Below, piece by piece: positions 20,088-29,696 of a stretch of DNA of 48,811 nucleotides. Both the position numbers and the translations under genes were made by a program. The stretch lies in IMG/VR virus record IMGVR_UViG_2706794677_000013. One strand, 5' to 3'. This DNA comes from a virus. Taxonomy: Duplodnaviria; Heunggongvirae; Uroviricota; Caudoviricetes. The notes under the pieces were generated by a model. That model saw nothing but the letters and a program-made list of their open reading frames with translations, had not been told where the DNA came from and did not search any database. The first letter of the stretch is position 1; every line of letters starts with the position of its first letter.

Positions 20088-20687
20088 ATGGCGCATATAC
20101 AACTGGTCAAACAAACCTCTTCTGGTTTACTTCTCCCGGCGACGCCGGAGAGTTGCGATTTTCTGCATCAAATCAAAATAGGTGAGTGGATACACGCAGA
20201 CTTTAAGCGTGTGCGTAACTACGCATTCCACAAGCGTTTTTTCAAACTCCTGCAACTGGGATTCGATTACTGGACTCCGGTCGGTGGGGCGATCACGCCT
20301 CGCGAACGAGAACTGCTGTCTGGTTTCGTTGATTACCTGTGCGAATCAGTTGGTCGGGAACACACGCCAGCCCTGAGTGATGCCGCAGAGCAATACCTTA
20401 ACACCGTTGCGACTCGTAGAACCCGGGATACGGCGTTGCTAAAGTCGTTTGAGGCTTTCCGCGAGTGGGTAACCATTCAGGCCGGATTTTACACCGAGCA
20501 TATTTATCCGGACGGTAGCCGTGGGCGTCGGGCAAAATCCATCGCTTTTGCGAATATGGACGAAGTCGAGTTTCAGCAGGTTTATAAATCTGTACTGAAT
20601 GTGCTGTGGAACTGGATTCTGTTCCGTAAATTCTCCTCTCAGGAGGAAGTTGAAAATGTGGCCGCACAACTACTGGAGTTTGCGTAA
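20088..20687 (+). CDS. DUF1367-like nin-region protein, 199 aa, complete copy
   Basis: Complete ORF directly upstream of the DUF1364-like and Q-like genes. Confidence 0.6.
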   Translation: MAHIQLVKQTSSGLLLPATPESCDFLHQIKIGEWIHADFKRVRNYAFHKRFFKLLQLGFDYWTPVGGAITPRERELLSGFVDYLCESVGREHTPALSDAAEQYLNTVATRRTRDTALLKSFEAFREWVTIQAGFYTEHIYPDGSRGRRAKSIAFANMDEVEFQQVYKSVLNVLWNWILFRKFSSQEEVENVAAQLLEFA

Positions 20688-20977
20688 TGGTGAATTTACG
20701 TAAAGCGGCTAAAGGCCAGATGTGCCAGATCAGAATCCCTGGCTACTGCAATCACAATCCCGAAACCTCTGTGCTGGCGCATTACAGGCTGGCGGGGACG
20801 TGCGGAACAGCGACAAAACCACATGATATGCAGGCGGCGATAGCCTGTAGCTCATGCCACGATCTAATCGACGGGCGGGTAAAAACCAGCGATTACACCA
20901 AAGAAGAATTGCGCCTGATGCATGCTGAAGGGGTTTTTCGCACACAAGAAATCTGGAGAAAGAAAGGTCATTTATGA
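20687..20977 (+). CDS. DUF1364-like (YbcO-like) Cys-rich nin-region protein, 96 aa
   Basis: Cys pairs CQIRIPGYC and CSSCHDLIDGR; overlapping start/stop with neighbours. Confidence 0.5.
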   Translation: MVNLRKAAKGQMCQIRIPGYCNHNPETSVLAHYRLAGTCGTATKPHDMQAAIACSSCHDLIDGRVKTSDYTKEELRLMHAEGVFRTQEIWRKKGHL

Positions 20978-21516
20978 TTTACCCAACGAATACAGGAAAA
21001 AGCGGAGAACACCTTCGCCTCACCACGCTGGAAAGTGTCTGGATTCAGGGAAAACTACGTATGTGGGGGCGCTGGTCGTATATTGGCGGTGGCAGGTCAG
21101 GGAATATGTTCAATCAGTTGTTGGCATCCAAAAAACTGACGAAAACAGCCATTAATGAAGCCCTGCGCAGAATGAAAAAAGCGGGAATAGAGAAAGCTGA
21201 GCTGGAAGCGTTTTTGCGAGAGATGATCAACGGCAAGCAAAAGAGCTGGCTGGCGCATTGTACTGATGCAGAGGCGTTATGTATTGATCGAGTCATAAGT
21301 GAGGTGCTGGCAGAGCATCCAGGATTGATTTGCATTCTCCGGCAACGCTATGAAGGGCGGGGGATGACTAAGCGCAAAATGGCTGAATTGCTAAATGATG
21401 CACACCCAGAGTGGTGTTTTAGCACATGCGAAAAACGGATTGCTAATTGGTTAGCTGTTGCTGAGTATGCCCTATATATTCCCATGCGTGAATCATTTGC
21501 TGAGAAAATGGCTTGA
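20974..21516 (+). CDS. Late-gene regulator in the Q position (antiterminator Q-like), 180 aa
   Basis: Last gene before a strong intrinsic terminator and the lysis region; C-terminus has a sigma region-4-like/HTH character (RQRYEGRGMTKRKMAELLN); assignment is mainly positional. Confidence 0.55.
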   Translation: MIYPTNTGKSGEHLRLTTLESVWIQGKLRMWGRWSYIGGGRSGNMFNQLLASKKLTKTAINEALRRMKKAGIEKAELEAFLREMINGKQKSWLAHCTDAEALCIDRVISEVLAEHPGLICILRQRYEGRGMTKRKMAELLNDAHPEWCFSTCEKRIANWLAVAEYALYIPMRESFAEKMA

Positions 21517-21596
21517 TTTCTTACGTATAAACTGCTTCAATTTTGCTATGCTTCGCAAAGCTGTATCGCGAGGCGGATTGCAGACATGGACATCGT

Positions 21597-21624
21597 AAAA
21601 AAACCGCTTAATGCGGTTTTTTTA
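21597..21624 (+). terminator. Intrinsic terminator (tR'-like) downstream of the Q-like gene
   Basis: aaaaaaaccgc ttaat gcggttttttt: GC stem, 5-nt loop, 7-T run. Confidence 0.75.
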
Positions 21625-22560
21625 CGTCAGGAAAGCAGGGGAGAATGCTGCTAGTTGGGCAACTGGTCTTTCTGCTCCAAATTATAACAGAGACCAGTTA
21701 TAGTTTCGGTGCTGTGTTTTTTTTACAATATTGTGATAACACATTGCTGGCGGGAGTTTTGATATTTCTTGGCAGGGGCTGATGATGCGTTATCCTGATG
21801 TCGTCAACTCATATAAAATGAGATGAGAGATCATTGCAGGGTGGTTTGTAATTCGCTGTTTAGCGGGACAATATGTTGTCTGATACAAGACACCCGACGC
21901 CTCAGATTACTATAATAAAGACGAAGCATCCTTTGTATTGACCAACCGCCTGTTTAGGCGGTTCTTTTTGGGCTGGTTTATTGTATGCCAAATGATTATT
22001 AAAAAGGTTGTGTTAATAACAAGATCCGAAATAATATGCCTGCATATTTTTATCTTGCTTATATTCTGCATATTGTGCATAGCAGGCTCATCCCTGCAAT
22101 CAAAACTGTATGATGAGTATTTTTTGTTTTCCTTTTTTCCAGTCATCTGATGATGACCTGCTTCTTTTTAATCCGGATCGACATCAGTTTTTTAAGATAA
22201 TTCCTGCGAGTTATATGCATAAATGCCACAAACTCCGCATTTTATGTGGTTGGGAGTTGCCGGGCGCGCAGTGAGTTTGCTAAGAAAACTCCTGCATGGT
22301 GAATCCCCCTGTGCGGTGGGGTGATACCATTAACCTTTTCTGTCGCCGACAGGTATCACGAACATTTTGTTCACCGGGAGGCACCCGGCACCATGCACTT
22401 CAATAGATTCTCTCCACATTATGGATATTCTTTCAGAATATCCCACGCAGACTTTGTGTAAATGTTAACAAATGTGCGTTTTATTTGATCTGATTCGCTG
22501 TTTGAGCGTCCAAAACAACGGTATATATAATCCTTTACTATATGACATATGTGAGGAAAA

Positions 22561-22989
22561 ATGGGTTTTCGTAGCGCATCAATTCTTACGTTGATTATTA
22601 GTGGGATTATTATCGGGTGCACTGATGCTGTATCGACAAATTATCATGACCGTACATCATATTACTCCGATAAAGCAATAGAGACACAGTATGTGAGTTC
22701 ATCTGAACGTACTTCTGATGTTAGTGAGGATATCCGTCTGTATGCCCATCAAATCAAGAGCGCCATCGAAAAACAGTTCGGGGATGCGAGTAAGTATTCA
22801 GGAAAAGAGTGTACACTGAGAATGCATATGGCCCCGAATGGCCTTCTACTGGAGGTTAAAAGAGAAAGTGGAGACCTCGATTTATGTCGTGAAGCGATGA
22901 ATGCGATAAAGAATGCTGATATACCTGCCCCCCCTTCGCCGGAAGTATATAAAGTATTTCAAAATGGGGTGCTGGATTTTAAACCCTGA
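22561..22989 (+). CDS. Lipoprotein with TolA domain-III-like C-terminus, 142 aa
   Basis: Signal peptide with lipobox IIGC; C-terminal 85 aa (YAHQIKSAIEKQFGDASKYSGKECTLRMHMAPNGLLLEVK...PEVYKVFQNGVLDFKP) closely resembles the E. coli TolA C-terminal domain as I recall it. Confidence 0.7.
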   Translation: MGFRSASILTLIISGIIIGCTDAVSTNYHDRTSYYSDKAIETQYVSSSERTSDVSEDIRLYAHQIKSAIEKQFGDASKYSGKECTLRMHMAPNGLLLEVKRESGDLDLCREAMNAIKNADIPAPPSPEVYKVFQNGVLDFKP

Positions 22990-23139
22990 TATTTATTGTT
23001 TTGTAATAAACGGTTTCGGCTTAGGTTTGTTCTGACACAGCTACGGCACTGAGCTAAATTTAGCGGATAGTCAGCTCTGAGCCAGTGGCGGACGTAACAA
23101 CTACTATTGCTGAGATTTTAATGGATTGAGGAGCAAGAA

Positions 23140-23535
23140 GTGGGATTAAAGAAAATCGTTATGTTGACTTTTTGGGTCGGTTTTGTTGCGGGATGCACAC
23201 CTTTACACCCTTCAGATTGCCACAAAACTACTGCTACAGGTAGTTGCAGTTCAGGACGCTGGGATGATCAGGATGAATGGGGGGCGCAAGCGCGGGGAAT
23301 CAGAGCTGCAATTAATGCCAAACTTGATGAGCCGCATAACTGGAAAGGGAAAAAATGCAGGTTGCATATGGAATTCTCTCAGGATGGCACGGCGTTAAAA
23401 ATATCTACCAGTAACGGTGATAAAGCCTATTGCGAAGCGATAAAGTCCGCAGCTCATAAAGCCAAATTTCCGGCCTTCAACAATCCGGAAGTCTACAGAG
23501 ATTTTCAGAAATCTGGCTTTGACATGCGAGGTTAG
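23140..23535 (+). CDS. Second lipoprotein, diverged TolA domain-III-like paralog, 131 aa
   Basis: Lipobox VAGC; shares the C..L.M....G.LL / C.EA...A....P.....PEVY..FQ pattern with the preceding gene. Confidence 0.6.
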   Translation: MGLKKIVMLTFWVGFVAGCTPLHPSDCHKTTATGSCSSGRWDDQDEWGAQARGIRAAINAKLDEPHNWKGKKCRLHMEFSQDGTALKISTSNGDKAYCEAIKSAAHKAKFPAFNNPEVYRDFQKSGFDMRG

Positions 23536-23786
23536 CTCTTCAATTACTATATCTCATTCATAGCAAACTGACAGATTTGATGATGTTCTATATACGAAAC
23601 CTGTGATGTCAAGTCTGAGCTAATACAAATAAACATAATATCAGAGAAATACATTTTATTAGCTCGCTACGGCGAGCTTTTTATATTGCATCGTCTCCAG
23701 CATATATATCAATTAAGGCTCTGATTGATGTGTCTGAAAGCCTACACATAATAACTATGCCATCCGTTCCGTGCGGAGGTGAGGCT

Positions 23787-24002
23787 ATGAAATCCATGGA
23801 CAAAATTTCAACAGGCATTGCCTACGGCACCTCCGCAGGCAGTGCTGGCTACTGGTTTTTACAGTTGCTCGATAGAGTAACTCCGTCACAGTGGGCTGCA
23901 ATCGGTGTGCTGGGTAGTCTGGTATTTGGCCTGCTGACGTACCTGACAAACCTTTATTTCAAGATTAAAGAAGATAAGCGCAAGGCTGCGAGAGGTGAAT
24001 AA
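23787..24002 (+). CDS. Phage-21-type holin (S21 pinholin-like), 71 aa; dual starts MKSMDK
   Basis: [23 protein letters not shown]...[13 protein letters not shown] recalled as S21-like; two transmembrane segments; immediately precedes the endolysin (TAATG overlap). Confidence 0.8.
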   Translation: MKSMDKISTGIAYGTSAGSAGYWFLQLLDRVTPSQWAAIGVLGSLVFGLLTYLTNLYFKIKEDKRKAARGE

Positions 24003-24490
24003 TGCCTCCATCATTACGAAAAGTCGTTGCTGCTGCTATTGGTGGCGGAGCAATTGCTATAGCATCAGTGTTAATCACTGGCCCAAGTGGTAACGATGGT
24101 CTGGAAGGTGTCAGCTACATACCATACAAAGATATTGTTGGTGTATGGACTGTATGTCACGGGCATACAGGAAAAGACATCATGCTCGGTAAAACGTATA
24201 CCGAAGCAGAATGCAAAGCCCTCCTGAATAAAGACCTTGCCACTGTCGCCAGACAAATTAACCCGTACATCAAAGTCGATATACCGGAAACAACGCGCGG
24301 CGCTCTTTACTCATTCGTTTACAACGTGGGTGCTGGCAATTTCAGAACATCGACGCTTCTTCGCAAAATAAACCAGGGCGATATCAAAGGCGCATGTGAT
24401 CAGCTACGTCGCTGGACATATGCTGGCGGTAAGCAATGGAAAGGNCGTCGTGAGATTGAGCGTGAAATCTGTTTGTGGGGTCAGCAATGA
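24002..24490 (+). CDS. SAR endolysin (phage-21 R-type lysozyme), 162 aa; contains one N at 24445
   Basis: N-terminal Gly/Ala-rich signal-anchor-release segment ([20 protein letters not shown]) followed by a lysozyme-like domain. Confidence 0.8.
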   Translation: MPPSLRKVVAAAIGGGAIAIASVLITGPSGNDGLEGVSYIPYKDIVGVWTVCHGHTGKDIMLGKTYTEAECKALLNKDLATVARQINPYIKVDIPETTRGALYSFVYNVGAGNFRTSTLLRKINQGDIKGACDQLRRWTYAGGKQWKXRREIEREICLWGQQ

Positions 24491-24932
24491 ACAGAGTAAC
24501 CGCGATTATCTCCGCTCTGGTTATCTGCATCATCGTCTGCCTGTCATGGGCTGTTAATCATTACCGTGATAACGCCATTACCTACAAAGCCCAGCGCGAC
24601 AAAAATGCCAGAGAACTGAAGCTGGCGAACGCGGCAATTACTGACATGCAGATGCGTCAGCGTGATGTTGCTGCGCTCGATGCAAAATACACGAAGGAGT
24701 TAGCTGATGCGAAAGCTGAAAATGATGCTCTGCGTGATGATGTTGCCGCTGGTCGTCGTCGGTTGCACATCAAAGCAGTCTGTCAGTCAGTGCGTGAAGC
24801 CACCACCGCCTCCGGCGTGGATAATGCAGCCTCCCCCCGACTGGCAGACACCGCTGAACGGGATTATTTCACCCTCCGGGAACGACTGGTAATGATGCAG
24901 GCCCAACTTGAAGGTGCTCAGCAATACATAAC
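24487..24932 (+). CDS. Rz i-spanin, 3' end lost in N run
   Basis: N-terminal transmembrane segment then coiled-coil; ATGA overlap with the endolysin stop; embedded Rz1. Confidence 0.75.
24707..24892 (+). CDS. Rz1 o-spanin lipoprotein embedded in Rz (+1 frame), 61 aa
   Basis: Lipobox VVGC followed by a proline-rich segment ([15 protein letters not shown]), entirely inside Rz. Confidence 0.75.
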   Translation: MRKLKMMLCVMMLPLVVVGCTSKQSVSQCVKPPPPPAWIMQPPPDWQTPLNGIISPSGNDW

Positions 24933-25199
24933 NNNNNNNNNNNNNNNNNNNNNNNNNNNNNNNNNNNNNNNNNNNNNNNNNNNNNNNNNNNNNNNNNNNN
25001 NNNNNNNNNNNNNNNNNNNNNNNNNNNNNNNNNNNNNNNNNNNNNNNNNNNNNNNNNNNNNNNNNNNNNNNNNNNNNNNNNNNNNNNNNNNNNNNNNNNN
25101 NNNNNNNNNNNNNNNNNNNNNNNNNNNNNNNNNNNNNNNNNNNNNNNNNNNNNNNNNNNNNNNNNNNNNNNNNNNNNNNNNNNNNNNNNNNNNNNNNNN
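24933..25199. other. Run of 267 N covering the Rz 3' end and the trkG 5' end
   Basis: Literal n characters. Confidence 1.
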
Positions 25200-26560
25200 T
25201 TTATAAAGAAAAAAGCCTGTTCGTTTTCTTTATAACTTTCGTTATATTTTTTTGCATTGGTGGCGGAGCGTGGTATACAACTAAGAAATCTGGCATTCAA
25301 TTACGTACCCGTGATGGGTTTATTATAATTGTAATGTTTTGGATTTTGTTTTCTGTTATTAGTGCATTCCCTTTATGGATTGACTCAGAACTTAATTTAA
25401 CGTTCATTGATGCTCTGTTTGAAGGGGTTTCTGGAATAACAACAACAGGAGCAACTGTAATTGATGATGTTAGTTCATTACCTCGGGCATATTTGTACTA
25501 TCGGTCACAGTTAAATTTTATAGGTGGTTTAGGAGTTATTGTTCTGGCGGTTGCAGTATTGCCATTATTGGGTATTGGTGGTGCAAAGCTTTATCAGTCA
25601 GAAATGCCGGGGCCATTTAAGGATGACAAACTCACTCCCCGCCTGGCCGATACGTCACGGACACTGTGGATAACTTATTCTTTATTAGGTATTGCTTGTA
25701 TTGTCTGTTATAGACTTGCAGGAATGCCTTTGTTTGATGCTATTTGTCACGGGATTTCCACAGTTTCGCTTGGTGGTTTCTCAACTCATAGCGAGAGTAT
25801 CGGATATTTTAATAACTATTTGGTTGAGCTGGTGGCTGGTTCTTTTTCCCTGCTATCGGCTTTCAACTTCACTCTTTGGTATATTGTTATTAGCAGAAAA
25901 ACGATAAAACCTTTAATCAGAGATATTGAACTTCGTTTCTTTCTGTTAATAGCCTTAGGGGTGATCATTGTTACCTCTTTCCAGGTCTGGCATATAGGTA
26001 TGTATGACTTGCATGGAAGTTTTATTCATTCGTTTTTTCTTGCCAGCTCCATGCTCACTGATAATGGTTTAGCTACGCAGGATTATGCAAACTGGCCCAC
26101 GCACACGATAGTGTTTTTGCTGTTGTCAAGTTTCTTTGGGGGATGTATAGGTTCAACCTGTGGTGGAATTAAGTCACTTCGATTTCTTATACTTTTCAAA
26201 CAAAGCAAACACGAGATAAATCAGCTTTCTCATCCCAGAGCGTTGTTGAGTGTAAATGTAGGAGGGAAGATAGTTACAGATCGTGTAATGAGGTCTGTAT
26301 GGAGTTTCTTTTTTCTTTATACTCTCTTCACGGTGTTTTTTATACTGGTGTTAAATGGTATGGGATATGATTTTCTTACATCATTTGCAACAGTGGCTGC
26401 ATGTATTAATAATATGGGATTAGGTTTTGGGGCTACTGCATCGTCATTCGGAGTGCTTAATGACATTGCAAAATATTTAATGTGCATAGCTATGATTCTT
26501 GGTCGCCTTGAAATTTATCCTGTTATTATATTGTTTTCAGGTTTTTTTTGGCGCTCCTAA
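25200..26560 (+). CDS. trkG: TrkG/TrkH-family potassium uptake membrane protein, 5' roughly 30 codons lost in N run
   Basis: Polytopic membrane protein; open frame from the gap edge; sequence recalled as Rac TrkG; AT-rich. Confidence 0.8.
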
Positions 26561-26697
26561 TATATGGCTGATTTATAATTGTGAGTTTAATATTATGTTG
26601 ACTCACTCATTGATCCAATACCTAACTTTACCAGCAACACCTCCGCCCCCAGTAGCACTGGCTGCTGGGGTGCGTTTTATTCATAAAGCAAGGCTGT

Positions 26698-27486
26698 ATG
26701 AGCGAGAAATTAAAGATAGTCTATCGCCCATTACAAGAATTGTCACCGTATGCGCACAACGCCAGGACGCACAGTACTGAGCAGGTGGCACAACTGGTAG
26801 AAAGTATTAAGCAATTCGGCTGGACTAATCCGGTGCTGATTGACGAAAAGGGCGAAATTATTGCGGGTCACGGTCGTGTTATGGCGGCTGAAATGCTCAA
26901 AATGGATTCTGTTCCGGTCATTGTTCTGTCTGGCCTGACGGATGAGCAGAAAAAGGCGTACCGCCTGGCAGATAATCGCCTGCCGATGAATGCTGGCTGG
27001 GATGAAGATCTGTTGCGGATGGAGCTGTCGGACCTAATCAATGCTGATTTTGATGTCTCCCTGACAGGCTTCATCCCGGCAGAAATTGATGAACTGTTGA
27101 CGGATGTTTTGCCCGGTACAGGAAATGAGGAGGAGCCGTATACGACGAAAATTGATACGCCTGTTTATGAGCCGTCAGGCGGTAAACCGGATATCAGTGA
27201 ACTGTACGACGATACGAAAACTCAGGAGCTGATCAGCCGGATACGTTCGGCGTCCCTTGATCCTGATATTGAGAAATTCCTCCTGTGTGCAGCAGAACGT
27301 CACACGGTGTTTAATTTCAGCAGAATTGCGGACTATTACGCTCATGCCCCCGCTGAAATTCAGTGCCTTTTCGAGGAGTCGGCGCTGGTGATCATTGATT
27401 ATCAGCAGGCTATTGAAAATGGATTTGTCCGAATGACGCAGCGCATGGTGGAGATCATGCATGGCGGGGAGGAGGAATATGCGTGA
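26698..27486 (+). CDS. ParB N-terminal-domain (ParB-like nuclease) protein, 262 aa
   Basis: ParB-like N-terminal segment (PVLIDEKGEIIAGHGRVMAA). Confidence 0.6.
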   Translation: MSEKLKIVYRPLQELSPYAHNARTHSTEQVAQLVESIKQFGWTNPVLIDEKGEIIAGHGRVMAAEMLKMDSVPVIVLSGLTDEQKKAYRLADNRLPMNAGWDEDLLRMELSDLINADFDVSLTGFIPAEIDELLTDVLPGTGNEEEPYTTKIDTPVYEPSGGKPDISELYDDTKTQELISRIRSASLDPDIEKFLLCAAERHTVFNFSRIADYYAHAPAEIQCLFEESALVIIDYQQAIENGFVRMTQRMVEIMHGGEEEYA

Positions 27487-28411
27487 TGATTTTTGCGCCT
27501 TTATTCTGACTCACGGGCGACCGGACAAAGTTCTGACTTACCGGACGTTGCGTCGTGCTGGCTATACCGGGAAAATTTTTATCGTTGTTGATGATGAAGA
27601 TAAGACACGGCATCAGTACATGGCTGAATTTGGTGAACAGGTGCTGGTATTTTCCAAAGCCGATATTGCTAGTCGTTTTGACGAAGCCGATAATTTTAGT
27701 GACCGCCGCTCAATTTTTTACGCCCGTAATGCCTGTTTCGACCAGGCAAAACTGGTCGGGTGTAAATACTTCATTCAGCTCGATGATGATTATCACGAGT
27801 TCCAGTTTCGGGTGGATCGCAACTATGACCAGGCCTATTTCCCGATAAGGAAACTGGATGAGATCCTTTCTGAAATGCTTGCGTACTACGAATCAATACC
27901 TGCTCTTTCCATCGCTATGTCGCAGGGCGGGGATTTTCTTGGTGACAATGGCGGCCATGCTTCGTGGGTGAAACGCAAGGCAATGAACAGCTTTATCTGT
28001 TCGGTTGATCGACCGTTCTCATTCATGGGGCGCATTAACGAGGATGTGAATACGTACACGAATCTCGGTCGCTGTGGTGAATTGTTTATGACGATCGGTG
28101 CTGTCCAGTTAGGGCAGAAACAGACGCAGAAAAACAGCGGCGGAATGACCGAGCTGTATCTGGATTCCGGAACCTACGTTAAAAGTTTTTACTCCGTCAT
28201 GTATGCGCCGTCGTGCGTAAAAATCTCACTTATGGGTGCCAGTCATAAACGCATTCACCATCAGGTCACCTGGAACAACGCTGCAGTAAAAATCCTTCAC
28301 GAAAAATACAGGAAGAAGACACCCTGCATATCAATGGGGGTGACAAATGATTCCGTATTCGAAAGTCGAGTCTCTGGCAGCGTGCCGGATGACTGCACAA
28401 CAAATCGCTGA
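27461..28411 (+). CDS. Hypothetical protein with GT-A glycosyltransferase-like motifs, about 310 aa (start 27461 or 27479)
   Basis: N-terminal FILTHGRPDKVLTYRTLRRAGYTGKIFIVVDDED and later QLDDDY resemble the GT-A N-terminal and DxD motifs; by-eye only. Confidence 0.45.
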   Translation: MAGRRNMRDDFCAFILTHGRPDKVLTYRTLRRAGYTGKIFIVVDDEDKTRHQYMAEFGEQVLVFSKADIASRFDEADNFSDRRSIFYARNACFDQAKLVGCKYFIQLDDDYHEFQFRVDRNYDQAYFPIRKLDEILSEMLAYYESIPALSIAMSQGGDFLGDNGGHASWVKRKAMNSFICSVDRPFSFMGRINEDVNTYTNLGRCGELFMTIGAVQLGQKQTQKNSGGMTELYLDSGTYVKSFYSVMYAPSCVKISLMGASHKRIHHQVTWNNAAVKILHEKYRKKTPCISMGVTNDSVFESRVSGSVPDDCTTNR

Positions 28412-28598
28412 CGTTCTGGATGTTGATCTGAACCGACTGAAAGAAAATCGGGAAGCAATGACAGATTTTTATGCGGCCATCCGTAAGGGCAGAGCGAAAG
28501 GTGAAGCCGAGTTACGAGCGGCATTGTTTAAGCTTGCCAGAAAAGGGGATGCCTTTGCTCTGCGCGAACTACTCAGGGTGGATAAAAATCAGGACTAA
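28347..28598 (+). CDS. Small hypothetical protein, 83 aa, upstream of the terminase small subunit
   Basis: ORF overlapping the 3' end of the previous gene; start uncertain. Confidence 0.35.
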   Translation: MIPYSKVESLAACRMTAQQIADVLDVDLNRLKENREAMTDFYAAIRKGRAKGEAELRAALFKLARKGDAFALRELLRVDKNQD

Positions 28599-28601
28599 CT
28601 G

Positions 28602-29696
28602 ATGAGCAGACCGGACTGGGGGGCGTTGCAGCAGGAGTATATTGCTGAATACACCCGCTCCGGTATATCTCCGGTGGCATGGTGTGAAGCAAGGGGACTG
28701 AATTACGCAACAGCCCGTCGTTACATCAAAAAAACTCCGAAAAATGCGCAGACAGAAATGTGCAAAACTGCGCAAAAAAGTGCGCAGAAAAAATCTGCGC
28801 AGACTGCACAAAAGCGGAACGAAAAATCTCAGGAAAAAAAGCCAGTATTCGATGCGGGCCTGAATGAGGGCGACGCGGAGGAATTTTCGTTCTGTCCCGA
28901 TGAATTCGGCATTTCTGACCAGCAGGCTAAGTTTGCGATGCTTGTTGCTCAGGGTAAAAAGCCGACAGAGGCGTACCGACTAGCCGGTTATGAGGGGCAA
29001 GGTGCGACAGCTAACAGCAACGCCAGTCGTATGCTTAGAAATGCCAGGGTTTTTCGCGCTATCAGCTACTTCCGCAATCAGTACCAGAAACGCTATACCG
29101 CAGACCTGGATTTACTAGTGAGTCAGTTGATGGCTATTGTCCTGGCCGACCCCAATCAGCTTGCACAATTTCGCCGTGTTAACTGCCGTTATTGCTGGGG
29201 CGAGAATCATCTCTACCAGTGGCGCGATATAGCAGAATTCGACAAGGCAGCGGCGCAGGCTTCCAGAGATGGCAAACCCGAACCGGAATATGGAGGCCTC
29301 GGCTTTGTTGATAACGCCATACCCAATCCGGACTGCCCGAAGTGCTGCGGTGAGGGAACGGGACAGCTTTATATGGCTGATACCACTCTGCTTGATGGGG
29401 ATGCGCGGCAATTATATGCAGGGGCAAAATTCGGAAAATTCGGCGTTGAGATCCTGCTGGAGGATAAGGCTGCCGCCCGGCGTGAATTGTTGCGTTTGTT
29501 TTCTGCTGGCGGGGCTTTATGTGCAGATAAGCGGCTACGGGAACTGGAAATTGAACGGCGCAGAATGGAAAACCAGAAGCTGCGCAAAGAGATCGAAACG
29601 GTGGAAGATAATGAACATCCCCAGCCTGTGGCGATCAATATTAATGTGGTTGATGCCAGAGTAAGGAGTGATGAAGATGATCTCTCCGACGCTTAA
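28602..29696 (+). CDS. Terminase small subunit
   Basis: N-terminal HTH-like region (ARGLNYATARRYIKK); immediately upstream of the large terminase. Confidence 0.7.
   Translation: MSRPDWGALQQEYIAEYTRSGISPVAWCEARGLNYATARRYIKKTPKNAQTEMCKTAQKSAQKKSAQTAQKRNEKSQEKKPVFDAGLNEGDAEEFSFCPDEFGISDQQAKFAMLVAQGKKPTEAYRLAGYEGQGATANSNASRMLRNARVFRAISYFRNQYQKRYTADLDLLVSQLMAIVLADPNQLAQFRRVNCRYCWGENHLYQWRDIAEFDKAAAQASRDGKPEPEYGGLGFVDNAIPNPDCPKCCGEGTGQLYMADTTLLDGDARQLYAGAKFGKFGVEILLEDKAAARRELLRLFSAGGALCADKRLRELEIERRRMENQKLRKEIETVEDNEHPQPVAININVVDARVRSDEDDLSDA

Noticed and set aside
21910-22150. Overlapping 70- and 78-aa ORFs on both strands in the AT-rich spacer
   Set aside because: No RBS, very AT-rich low-complexity translations; more likely non-coding regulatory DNA (see the possible short transcription unit finding)
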